Positions 41,001-53,395 of a stretch of 64,000 bases of DNA are shown here, piece after piece. The DNA lies in NCBI GenBank assembly GCA_965649825.1, contig OZ287706.1:124001-188000 (forward strand), in the 5' to 3' direction. This DNA comes from Penicillus capitatus. Lineage: Eukaryota; Plantae; Chlorophyta. Every line of letters begins with the position of its first letter. The stretch's first letter is position 1. The notes below the pieces were generated by a model. That model was not told the DNA's origin and did no database searches. It saw only the letters and a list, made by a program, of their open reading frames with translations. The translations under genes and the position numbers were made by a program.

Positions 41001-44000
41001 TGTGTACGACCATCCAATGCGGCATGGTGCTACTCCGGAGGATTTCGTCTAGACGAGGTCAACGATTTTGGCCTCCGAATTCGAAACGCCAGATATCCAG
41101 GGATGTATCGAATCTTCCAAGTCGATGTGTCCTTCAGAGGAGATTCGATGATCTGTACCTTCTCCGAAGACGAAGAGAATCCGCCTTACCGAATCGACAA
41201 TAGGTCAGTGCTCCTGTCTCTCCATACGTCACCCACTGATTCGCCTCGCTGCTGTCAGATGCGCCACCATCAAGATTCAGTTCCGACAGAAGGGTGCCGG
41301 AGCATTGATGTGGGATTCTCTGCATCCAGGCTACGCACGGAACTACGCCTGGGATTATCCTCTTATCCACCACAAGCTCAAAGTGAAGCTGGCGAACGAC
41401 GATTCCAGTCCACAGGATGATACGATCAAGGAGTACAGCTTGGATACGATCAAGGTATGTCTCATAGCATCTATCGATTCCAACGGTGTGCTGCTGTGTA
41501 GACGTACCCAGCCGTGGTGATGAGAAGAAAGACAGTGGCACTGACAGGTCGTATGGCGCGTTTTGACACGACGGATCGAACGAGTCGGGATGTGACGCGA
41601 AGAGGAGAGGGTCGATTAGTCGGCAAGGTGTATGTTCGTGTGCTGGCAGAGGGCCCCACCAGGATCATTCGTTTCTCCGATACCGATGAGAGCGTCGATG
41701 ACAGCACGAACGAACAGGCCTTCGATTTGCTTAAAGCAAAAAAGAGACAGCTAGAAGAAGACATTACCGTTGTGCACAAGTACGTTGCCTGTATGGTCAC
41801 ACATCTGTCACATCAATCACGTCATGCAGTCAGTTGAAGAGGTTTGAAGATAAGTGTGGTCTGGATATGAGTATGATGCGTTCTGGCCTCGTGTCATCGA
41901 GCAATAAGGCATATGGCCGAAGCATTTCGGAAGATCAGACGCATCTCTTCTCCGTCCATTCCTTTGAGCCTGTCGATTCCCGTCCCATGGTTTCCACATC
42001 TTTTGACGAGGCAGTTGAGTCCAGAACAGGAGAGAGTGAGAAACAGGAAGAGACGAAGAGTGCATTCCATCGGTCCTTCTTCAGAAACTTCGTTCGCATC
42101 GCCTCCTTTGGCATCTGGTTCTGCGTATGGCCTCAGATGTGTGTGTCTATGGGGTTGATGCAAATGTGTGACCAGGCTAAAAAGAGTGATACATCGAAGA
42201 TGCCGAATCCGAAGACTGAGATAAGAACGTCCATGGGAACGAGGTCGGCACGGGCTTCTCGATTTGAGTCTGAAGGAATTGTCGTGGAGCACACGCAACC
42301 TGCAGTTCCGTCGCCATTTGAACAAGCGGCATCCACTCGAGTACGTCTGCTCTTTGTTTTCTCACTCTTTTTCAAAAGAGTGATGTCGTTAGGGAGGTGT
42401 GAGTGTGGAAGGGCCGAGTGGAGTGGGCACACCATCGATCGTCCAGAACACCATCAATACTTCATCTGTGCACAAAACGCACATCATGAATATGAAGCTG
42501 GACGAATGGGACGATCCCACTCTTTCAGAACTGTCACATCGCGTTCTCCATCGTCGCCCAACATTGAACGGCGTCTTCGAGGAAGAGAAGAGTGATCACG
42601 ACAGTGGTTACATCGAGAACGATGAGATGCTGGGCGGCGAGCTCATTATCAAAGTCCACGGAGCAAAGGTCTCTCCATTTCTGTCGATTTCTGCAGCTCA
42701 GGCAGTGCCATGCATCACAGAACCTGGGTATGGCTCGAAAGAAGAAGACAAAGCACAAGGCACAGGACTCCGCGACCACAGCCCCGACTCGCTTCTCATC
42801 CAAGAGACGGTTGAACCTCCTGCAGGCAGAGAACGAAGTCTACTGCATTCTCAAATGCGAAGGCAAGGAAGAGCGAACGACTCGTGTGCCAAACAGCTCC
42901 AGGCAAGCACAGCTTTCGATGAAGTATGATCTCACTCTTTTTTTAGAGTGAGATGGGAAGATATCGTGAGCTTTGCTGCCGTCTCTGTTCAGTCCTATCT
43001 CACAGTGACCGTCATGCAGAAGAGACTGCTGACCGATACAGTCTTGGGCGAAGTCTTCATTCCGCTGATCGATATCGATGAACGTGCTCAAATCGATACA
43101 GCAGATTCGCGTTACTACAGCCTGTCACGTCGCAAGGCCTCACAAAGCGTCAGTGGCGAAATCGAACTCTCCATCGGCTGGCGCAGTACACCTCTAGGAA
43201 GACTGACACTCCATGTCAAAGACCTGCAGCACGAGCTGGGCGATCTGGAGGAGCTCTTGGCTATGATTACGGCCAAAGAGAACGCTCGGCAGGAAGTGAC
43301 TCTGCTCTCACAGGTGCATCGGACGCTCAGTGATATGACACATTCGAGATCGTCGAGCACGGGGAAACTGGAGGTCAAGATCATTGAGGCACGGAATCTG
43401 CTGGTTCCGGTCGATCGACTTAAGAGTCTGACCAATGCCGGGGTCTACGCTCGGGTCACATGTGAGCGAGAATCGGGCAAGGGTGTTCCCTTTACGACAG
43501 GCACAGCCAAGAACAGATTGGCACCGTATTGGGAAGAGAGCTTTAAGTTTGAGAATGTGGAGCAGACGGCGAATTTGCTCATTCAGCTCTTCGATGTTCG
43601 GAGAATTCGCACAAACGAGTTCTTGGGACAGGTCAACATCGCCGTCTACAATCTCAGAGTGCGTCCAACACTTACACCTCACACATTTCTCTATGAGTAA
43701 TGTGATGTGACAGGATGGAAAGCCACATTACTGCTGGATACCCCTGAAAGAGAGCCATGAGTTTAAGGACAAGAAAGTCAGCGGAGAGCTGCATCTCCGC
43801 CTTCGATGGCTGCCCAATTCAGCAGGCCTCGTTGATTCAGCTTTCGATGCAGGGATCTCGGTGAACATGTCCTTGGCTGGATTTGGCATCTCCATTATCG
43901 AAGCTTCCGCGACAAAGCTGCCCAGAGAACTGATGCATGTCCTGTTGGATGAGATATCGGTGGAGTACGAACGGCGAGGGCCAGATGAATCGGCACGATT

Positions 44001-46565
44001 GAGACTAAAATCGATGCAGATCGACAATCAGCTCATGACCTCCCTCCATCCCGTTGTCTTTGCGCACAGCAGAATGACTGTCGATGTCAAGAATCAGCCG
44101 CCACCGTCTGAAGACACTCCACAGCTCCCACAAGTCAAACCCGTTCTCGAAGTCCGGCTCGAAAAACTCAACACCAATCCGCTGCTTCTGCACATACGTT
44201 ACTTCACCTTTCTGCTGCAAGAAATCGATCTGGTGCTGGAGGAAGATTTTTTGGACCTCTTGATGCAGTGGTTCGAAGATCTGCCTCTGGAGAAACTGAA
44301 ATTCACTTTTGATGAGAGAAGACGGAAGAAGACGATGACAAAGATCGAGCGCTTCTTGCATAGACTCATGGAGAATCGAGATCTCTCGACAGAGTTCACT
44401 GCATCGAGCCGCCGTGGCGAGAGGTGTTATTTTGAGGTGCTGCATATTCAGCCCATCAAAGTGAATATCACCCTGTTGGCCAGTCCTGCCATTGCTATGG
44501 AGAACCACAGCAAACGATATCGTACGGCCTCGGCTCTGGGTATCAACCTCATGGATCTGACAAACGTTCCGTTCAAAATCAATGCCATGATTATGAAGAA
44601 CGCATTCATGAGGCCGAGAGAAATGATGACGCAGGTGGTGCGGCATATCAAATGGCAGGTGCTGTGTCTAAACTTCCATCAAAGGCATTCTCACACATCT
44701 CACTCTTTTTTATGTTCTTTAGGCGCTCTACGATCTGCATAAGCTTCTGGGAACAGTCGAGTTTATTGGATCGCCTGTACAGCTTGGTAGCAGTCTTATT
44801 GCAGGTGTATTGGCCCATGCGTTTGGTAGAAAAGTGTGACGCTAGTGTGATGTTTAGGTGTGGCCAGTTTCTTCTATGAACCGGCTAAAGGAATTGTCCA
44901 TGGACCGGAGGAGTTTGCCAGAGGAGTGGCCACGGGCACCGTTCACTTGATAAAGAATTCGGTCTACGGTGTGTTCAATACTTTTGGTCATGTGACCGAA
45001 GGAATGGGCAAGACACTGGCGATGCTCTCTTTTGATGATAACTACTACCAGCGATTCCAAAACAAACCACGCACAACAAAAGTGTGATCTCACTCTTTTT
45101 GCCGTTTTGCCAGAGCTTCGACGACAGGATAAGATGATCGAAGGCGCGCGGATGCTGAGTTGGGGATTCGTTCAGGGCATCAGCGGAATCGTTACCGATC
45201 CTGCAGCAGGTGCTGTCGAAGATGGCATCCGAGGTCCGCCTCATCTCATACCTGTCACATCATGTCACACTTTCTTTAGGCTGCGTAAAAGGAATGATGA
45301 CTGGCGTCGTGGGTGTCATCACCAAACCTGCCTCAGGCATTCTGCGTTTCACTGCCAGCATGGCTAGTGGCATTGGCGAGAATATTATGGAAATGGGCGA
45401 TCGGGTCACTCTTTTTCGCTCTTATCTCACTCAAATTTATCCGCGTTCTTTATAGGTGGATCGTGAGCAACGTGTGCGTATTCGGCCTCCGCGAGACTTC
45501 GGCATCCGTGTTGGGGAAGATGTTGCCGAGGCGCAGCTGCAGCTCTGGAAGAAGACATTGACGGAATCTGACGGCGAGAAATTCAAAGACGACGTAGTAC
45601 GCGATTTCGTTCGACAAGACAAACAGGTGCACGTCACATCATCTCACTCTCCCTTCTCATTCCCTCTACAGGTCTTGGTGATCACCGATCAGCACTTAAT
45701 CTTCCTTAACTTCGTGAAACGACGCGTGATCTGGGCATTAGACGCACAGTCGCTTTCAAGCATCGAGTGTGCTGGACTTGACGTGACGATCTATTACACT
45801 CCGGAGCATCGTATGGAGTTCCTTGTTGGACAACTCACGCATTGGCACTTGAAGAAGCGCATTACTTGCCGGACCAGAGAAATGCAGCATCAGCTCCTCG
45901 TCAAAATCAACCATGCTATCCGATGGCATCAGAGAAAGATGAAAGAGGCAGAGACTCCTGCGCCGCCAGCCGATGGATCGACCCTCGACCAAAAGGTCAT
46001 CCATCACTTATTCTCTCCATGCTCCACGAAGAATGTGTGATGGCAGACGTTGAGAATTATGGACAATGTACCGCCATCGCCTATCATGGCCGAGAGAAAC
46101 GACATTCAGGAGGCCGGCTCTTCTGAACAGATATCCAGCGAGATCGTACCGTCCGTAGACCTGTCTCCTTCTTTTGCCATACCCGAAGCGCCGCTCCTCT
46201 CTGAAGAACTGTCCCTCCGAGGGCAGCACCAAGATGCATCCCTTTCTCCACAGCCCTTTGCAGAAGTTCACGATTCTGGAAGCGGCACTTCGTTGCAACA
46301 GACGCTCAAGACCATGACGGCGCTGCCTGACGCAACTGTTCGGCACTTTGATCGAGCCACCTTGCACAGGACTCTTTGTCAAATTCACGAAATTGTTGAG
46401 ACGCTAATGTACCATACGACAGAAGACGACAGATCACGAACGCCACTGACCCTTATGCGGGATCTGACCCAGATATCGATCCTGAACCAGATGGCCGAAG
46501 TTGAAGATTTGCTCGCTACTTACTCGACCCTTCAGTCTCTATCTCAAGTGTATTTAAGATTATGA
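32062..46565 (+). CDS. VPS13: VPS13-family lipid-transfer protein with tandem C2 domains (many short introns)
   Basis: Chorein_N-like VAPKALDAFDLPF...MDVEIPW; VAB/SHR-BD-like FCPYWILNKT and PPYRIDN; two C2 domains (about 42.6-43.8 kb); VPS13_C MQIDNQL and FYEPAKG...KTLAMLSFDDNY; ATG2_C-like GVITKPASG; PH-like tail. A 51-nt intron (45996-46046) joins the 46050-46565 ORF in frame as the last exon. Confidence 0.88.
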
Positions 46566-46651
46566 AGAAACGTCACATCAAACTTTGTACGGAACCATTT
46601 GTGTCCATCTCCAAACCGGGCCTTCGGATCTCACGCCTTTCGCTCTCCGCA

Positions 46652-47194
46652 ATGATCTCGAGACGCCTCGTCCATCGCACAACTGTCGAGGCTCTTCGAT
46701 CCCGACCGGTCTCCTCTTGCACACCATGCCACTACCGTCCATCCCTGTCCAGCGCCCGCTCGTCTAAGTCACGCCTCCAACGGTCGACGCCCGTCACCCG
46801 AGTCCTCTCACGGTCACGCGACGACGCCGCCACCGTCGACGACAAAACGGCACTGCCTGGATTTGTGAGAGATATGTGTGACATTGCTCGACTGTAGGGT
46901 TTTGAAGAGGCGTCTTTGCTGGGATGGCATGTCTGCGTCACATCACTCTTTCTCCAAGGGGTCTCACTCTATCCCGCCCTGGCCGATGAACCCTCTAAGC
47001 CGCTCCTTCCTGGTATCGGTCTCGTTCAAGGCACAATACTCATTGCCCCTGTATTGCTCTACACGCTGTTCAGTGTCTATCGAACCGCATTCAATCGAAA
47101 CGCCAAGATCAGCGATTTTCTATTCCTCATCGCCTCGATCGTCATTTTTGGCAACATTCTCTCTGCCCTTGTCCTCAAAGTCCGAATTTTCTGA
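46652..47194 (+). CDS. Small putative plastid/thylakoid membrane protein (transit peptide + 2 TM helices), family not identified
   Basis: Ser/Arg-rich N-terminus MISRRLVHRTTVEALRSRPVSS. Last exon has two hydrophobic segments (GTILIAPVLLYTLFSVYR; DFLFLIASIVIFGNILSALVLKVRIF). Confidence 0.6.
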
Positions 47195-47336
47195 GACGTT
47201 GGCTTTCGGCCGACGGGCGTTAGATTTCATGATGGAACAGATGGGTGCATTTAAAGGTCGCGAGATCTGAGTGTCTGTCGCTGTGTGCAGATCGCCCATT
47301 CGTCTTTTGCGTTTCGCCTCGTGCATTGCCTTCGGG

Positions 47337-48220
47337 ATGGCATCCATGACATCGATCCCTACCACCACCGCCGCCGCCGCCTCACGCATCGCCCCTATCG
47401 CACGCCCTCGCGTAAGTTCGTTCGCCCGCGCTCCTCTCCTGCACGAAGAGCGCATGAACTCGACGCTGTAGACGACGCCTCAAGTGCCACGTGCCGCTGT
47501 GGAGTGGTATGGACCGAATCGCGCCAAGTGGCTCGGGCCTTTCTCAGAGGGCGACACGCCGTCCTATCTCACCGGCGAATTTCCAGGCGACTATGGCTGG
47601 GATTCAATGGGTCTCTCAGCCGATCCTCAGACCTTCGCTCGTAATCGCGAACTGGAACTGATCCATGCGCGTTGGGCGATGCTGGGTACTCTTGGATGTC
47701 TGACACCAGAGGCTCTCGAAAAATACGCCGGCGTGCAGTTCGGCGAGGCCGTCTGGTTCAAAGCCGGATCTCAGATCTTTGCAGATGGTGGACTGGATTA
47801 CTTGGGCAATTCGAATCTCGTCCATGCTCAGTCCATCCTGGCCATTCTCGGATGCCAAGTCACTCATTCTACATATGATCTCACACTTTTGTTGAGACGT
47901 CACATCAATAGGTGATTTTGATGGGCGGCGCCGAGGCGTTTCGAGTGAACGGAGGGCCGTTGGGTGAAGGATTGGATTCGCTCTATCCGGGAGAAGCTTT
48001 CGATCCATTGGGACTGGCAGATGACCCCGATACTTTTGCAGAACTGAAGATCAAAGAGATCAAAAACGGCAGACTGGCAATGTTCTCGATGTTTGGCTAT
48101 TTTGTCCAAGCAATTGTGACGGGCAAGGGTCCTGTGGAAAACTGGGCAGAGCACGTGGCCGATCCCTTTAATGTGAATGGACTGACGGCGATCTACGCCA
48201 CCAAATTTGCACCGAACTAA
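47337..48220 (+). CDS. LHCBM: Major light-harvesting chlorophyll a/b protein of LHCII
   Basis: [38 protein letters not shown] and [33 protein letters not shown]. Two introns. Confidence 0.97.
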
Positions 48221-48276
48221 GACGCCTGTGGCACACGATCTTTATCATTTTGTGTGAGACGTATGGTTTTGAGATC

Positions 48277-48297
48277 TGTAAAAATGAGATTGTTACA
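48277..48297. terminator. Opposed TGTAA poly(A) signals of convergent LHCBM (+, 48277-48281) and PGRL1 (-, 48293-48297)
   Basis: Both motifs lie inside the 105-bp convergent spacer. Confidence 0.45.
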
Positions 48298-48325
48298 AAA
48301 AGTTGGCTGTATGTTTGGAAGGCGA

Positions 48326-49601
48326 TCATGCTGTCGCTGCCCCTTCTGGCGGCAGAGCAACGATCTACAGGAAGATACACCAGATGCGCTTCTGTCGATC
48401 GCTGTCGTGACAGACCTGTCGTCGATCGTTACGGAATTCGAGTGAAGTTTCGCAGTGGATGCATTTGACAGTGGCGGTGTCTGTGCTGCCTTCCACAGCG
48501 AAAATGCTTCCAAAATAACGATGATTTACGGTACCACAGTTGGGGCACTCTCCCTACACACCCACACGTGTAGGAATCCAACTGCAGATGATCATTTGCA
48601 ACACCACACTTTGAGAATGATGCCGTCTCGCAGGACGAGATTGGTGAGTTGCTGGGAGAGAATGAAACAGGTCGGAAGGACCAATCCCCACAGCACCAAG
48701 ATCCCCCAGGGCTCTGGCAACTCGATGAGCTTCGAGATCTCGAAGCCTGTCACATCATCGAAAAAGAAAAGCACGCTCAAGACGAGCGTCACAGCCGGGA
48801 GATTCAGCGCCGTCATTCGAAGGTAATCCACTTCCAGATCACTGTACATCATTTTTGTCCTCAGGCTGCAACGAGGACCCTAGAAGAGTGACATGGTGTG
48901 ACCATGGTTCGTGAAAAGGATGTTGTGACCGCTAAGGCAATGGCACTGCCCTGTTGTTTCAGTGTCTGCTTGAGCTTGTCGTATTCGGCATCGGACATGA
49001 CTGGACTGCCTTTGGAGTAACCGATCGATGCCTCCAGAAATTTTTGCTCCGCAGAACTGTTCAGCGACCCCCAGAAAGAAGATTTTGTCACAAGTGTGAT
49101 AAGAGTGAGACAATCTAGACGTCACCTCATCATGACAACTTTGCTTCCTTGCCACGTCAACTCGTCTTTCAGATTCTCAAACTCCTCATCTGTCATGATC
49201 GATTTGCCTTCAAAGTACCAAGCCTGATGTGACAGCATTCATGTGTGATTCTGACACAAAGTGTGACCATGACCTCCATGGCTTCCAGAAACTGTTGCTC
49301 CATTTCGCCTACCGTCCTCGACGTCACACGTGCCCCCTGTCGACCACAAAGATAGTCAAGAGCGGCAGGAGAAGGCCATCAGAAGGACATCGTCGTCGAT
49401 GCTGCAGTACTCTCCGATATTGTAGCTGCACTCGTCGACGGGCGCACCCTTGGCCGTCTCTGCAGGTGGCGGCTCGGCACAGACAGGTCGTGGAAGACGT
49501 CCCGTCCATAACCGATACGAGGGCCCTCCAACATGGCGCTGCACTGGCAGCGATCTCGAGAGGAGACGCGAAGATGGACCGCAAACGCTACGATACATCA
49601 T
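48326..49601 (-). CDS. PGRL1: PGR5-like 1 (cyclic electron flow)
   Basis: YCSIDDD, WYFEGKSIMTDEEFENLKDELTWQGS, EQKFLEAS, GPRCSLR, FDDVTGFEI, GECPNCG and VKCIHCE, with the conserved PGRL1 cysteines. Confidence 0.95.
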
Positions 49602-49638
49602 CGATCGGCAAAATGCAACGCATCCAGTGTCCTCGACA

Positions 49639-51977
49639 ATGTACCAGCGCGATTTCTTAATTTTGGTCCTGGCGGCGTTCTTGGTCTACTTCACGCTACA
49701 GAACGAAGGACCTTTCTCTTTTAGAAGAGCCTGGTAGGATGGCATCCCTGTTGACAACGACTGGACTGCCTGCGACTGTCTAGGTACTATCCATTAACCG
49801 CTGAAGACGGCAGCATCTTCTCCCACAACGAAATTCTGCCGAAGCCTGTCGTGGTGCGTGAACTGTTGGCTGAAAAACAAAGACAAAATGACGTGACAGG
49901 TGGATTTGAATGGAGATGGATCACTGGAGACTGTTCTGGTCACACACGATCATCGGCTGATCGTTCTGAGAGGACGAGGCGTCGGGCGCTATGGCGATGG
50001 CTTTGCACTGGCACAGACCATGGCCGACATCTCCCTGCGTCCCAGCGGATTTCACATCCTCTCTGGTCATTGCCCCGTAACCCGCTCTTCTCACACAAAT
50101 GCATAAAGAGTGAGAAACTGATGTGAAGGTGGGGTTGGCTGCGGGTTATATCGATCCTCCTGCCAATGATCTGGTGCATCGTCATCGAAAGGCCGTGATC
50201 GTGGTAGTGACTGAAAACTGGCATGTGACCTGTTATGACCACAACCTGGTGAAGCTCTGGGAACACGATGTGCACAAAGAGATGCACAGTCACGCCACCA
50301 TTCACGAACTGGCCATTCTCATCACACATCACTCCGTTTATCAACGCGATCGCGGACTTGTCGTCGTGGGCGGCTCGATGAACATCGCCTCGCTGTTGGA
50401 GGAAGAGATGGACGATGATGTCGATCCTTTTCAGACGGAACGTGAGGAGGAGGAAAAGGAACAGAACATCCGACATCGCATGGGTACCCCCTCACTCTTC
50501 TCGTCGTGTGACACGACGGGGTCTGTTGTCAGAGGAGAATGCAAAACAGGCAGATCTGGATGACGGTCAGACGTACGGAACAGACGCGTCACGGCTTTTT
50601 TCGTACTATGCGTTCGATGGCGGCTCAGGTGCTCGACGATGGACGCAGACAGGATCGGAGTTTAAACATGATTTGCAGAGCCTTAAGGATGATCTGATGC
50701 CGCAACGTTACTACAAGTGTGTGAGACGATGAGTGAAAAGAGTGAGAGGTGTTGTGTGTAGAGTGCGGGCTGAGCATCTCACATCGATGGACTACAGCGA
50801 AGTCTCCTGCCGAGACTACCGTGAATCGATTTTGCACAACCTGCCTCACCAATGGCTGCATCGAGTGGACACACAATTCATTCTGTCACACTTCGAGAAG
50901 CACAAGTACGGGAAAGGCGAGCGCAAGAAGCACCTAGCCAATTCCGGAAAGAAGACGCCGAGCACCAAATCTTCGTGTGTTGGAGAAAAGTGTGAGAAAG
51001 ATGCCGTGGCGAAGGTGCTTGGTAAGGTTTCGGAGAAAGCGACGAAAGATGGTCGGCGGCCAGCAAATGTTACCCGTCCGCCAAATGCCATCGTTGCGCA
51101 TCTGAAAGAAGGCATGGAAGCTATTCATCTCTACACGGGGCGCTCGATCTGTAAACTGCATCTTCCACAAGGCGGCCTCCATGTCGATCTCAACGGAGAC
51201 GGTGTGCTGGATCACATTCAGGTGGTGACTGGAGGAGAGGTCCCCTATTCGGAGGGCGGACATCATCGGATGGCTGAGTGTACCGTCTATGCGACATCTG
51301 GCGTGCCTCCGAAGGAACCGTTCTTCAATACCAGCGTCTGTGGGGCACGTGTGTGGAAGGAGCCGTTCTCACATGGCGGCGGCCATCTGTCTAGTACAAG
51401 ATCCGAACGGCATCGTGTGGATGTCGCGCCGCCTGCTTTTCTTCCGATTCCGACGCCGAAAGGGGAATGGACGTTTCGTTACGGCCAACGCGGGATGTCC
51501 CTCTTTCTCAACAGCCGTGGTGAAGTGACGGCGATCAATTCAAGAGGCCACATGAAATGGAGGGTCCATACCGAGTGTACGTGGAATACCGAAGGCGTCC
51601 GATTTCGTAAGCCCCATCCCACACTCAAGGCCTTTCCTCTGCGGACCCATGCCTTTCCTTCCGGCATTCTGGCAGCCGGAAGTCACGAGGCAGCTGTGCT
51701 GTCAGAGCATGGCAATCTGTTAACGAGCTTTTCGCTCTCGGACGTCCCTGTCCTTCCACTGGAGATTGTGGATCTCAATGGCGACGGACTGAATGATGTC
51801 CTGCTCATCTCCAATCGCATCGTCTACGGTTACATCCAAGTACAGAACCTTGGCGGACGGCCCTTTGCCATGCTGGTGCTCTGTTTAATCGTGGCCATGG
51901 GAACGATCTATGCCGCACAGTACACCGGCAGCGAAGCTTCGAAAAAGATCAAGCGGAGTACAGATCGAACAGACTGA
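49639..51977 (+). CDS. FG-GAP repeat membrane protein (NERD1/AT3G51050-like)
   Basis: N-terminus MYQRDFLILVLAAFLVYFTLQNEGPFSFRRAW resembles plant NERD1. DLNGDG motifs occur three times, with a C-terminal TM helix (FAMLVLCLIVAMGTIY). Confidence 0.82.
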
Positions 51978-52323
51978 CAGTTTCAGATACAAGAAGCATG
52001 CACAGAGATCGTTAAACAGCCGCCACCCTTCGCACGCGTTCAAAACTGAGACAGTATCGCCTTTAAAGCCCTCTCTCCCTATCTGTTCCCACAATCAACT
52101 CCGAAAAGATCACGCCACCCTCGGGCAGTGCAACATGCAGATTCATCGCACAGGGCAATCGTCGAATGGGTTTTATTGATGTTCAGCTGCTCTCGATCAA
52201 CAGCAGCCGTCCCAAATCAAATCTTTAGGCCGAAAGCATATCGAAGAATCATTATTGATGAAAAGAGTCGCAGTCGCAGCACAGATGTTTTGTCTTTATC
52301 CAGTGATTTCTCCATCAGCAATG

Positions 52324-53395
52324 CTACTCGCCGTTCTTTATTTCGAAATAGAAGTCGCCGTACGTCTCGGTGTTCGTTTTCTTGCAGCTCTCCGCATTCG
52401 ACTGCTGACATGCGTAGCCCGGTGGACAGCGCACCATCCCACAACGATCTCCATAGCCTGACAGAACACAGACAACAGCTGATGCAAGGAGGCATCACAC
52501 AGAAGTGAATTTCTTGCGTGGTCTCCAGGCGCATTCTGTATGGATGCATTTCTCTCCAAGTTTGCAACGCTGCTTTCCACAGACAGGTTCTAAAATGGCG
52601 GCGGCGGCGGCGGTTTGAGACTAGGAAGGGTGAATGGAGTGAGGTGTACTTCGTGGCTCGACGAAGGCATGGACGCAGACTTTCTCCCCTTCTCCTGCCT
52701 TTCTGCAGTCGATCTCCCGATTAAATCCTGCAAAGACTTTCCACGGCAAGAAAAACTTCGCCATGGCATCGCCACAGGTTTGATTCTTCTGCAACGTGTA
52801 ATATTCCGTACACCGTGCCGAGAAGAGATTCAGATCCAGATCCCAATAGGCTACAGCACAGGCAGTTCTTTACCCGGCAATCACTCTTGATCTCACGTTG
52901 CCATTCGCATGTGTAGGTAGATGTGCAATTCTTTGCCTCCTTATCGGATACCTCTTCTTCGTCTGTTTCTTTGGAACCTGGATGAACAGGATGAAGGCCG
53001 AAGGTAGAGACGATTGAGGCATACAGTTCTTCTGATGCGTGACACAGAGCTCGTCGAAGGCACACAGAAATGGATCGTCTGCAGGTCCACACGGAACCTC
53101 GACTAACGAAAATCTCACCATAGTAAAAAGAGTGAGGCGATGGCTCACTCTTGGTGCATGCCACTTTGTTTGTGCAAATCTTTTGGTGGTAAGGCTCCTT
53201 GACTGTTTTGATACAGACAGCTTTCTTATTCGCGTTGCAGGTCTCGGCGAGAGAACATCTCGATGCGAGACTGACCCATACGATGACCCACAGAACAGCG
53301 ATTCTGTCGCGACAGACGGCTAGCAGAGTACAGACATGAAGCTATCTCAGTTTGTGTGACCTTTGTCCCGTGGGCGCAACAAATGCTCTGCCCAT
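52324..53395 (-). CDS. Putative secreted cysteine-rich protein (multi-exon; start uncertain)
   Basis: Exons join in frame to give hydrophobic IAVLWVIVWVSLASRCSLA, then Cys-rich modules PCGPADDPFLC, PVCGKQRCKLGEKC and DRCGMVRCPPGYAC. The model needs one GC-AG intron (52458-52517). Confidence 0.5.
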
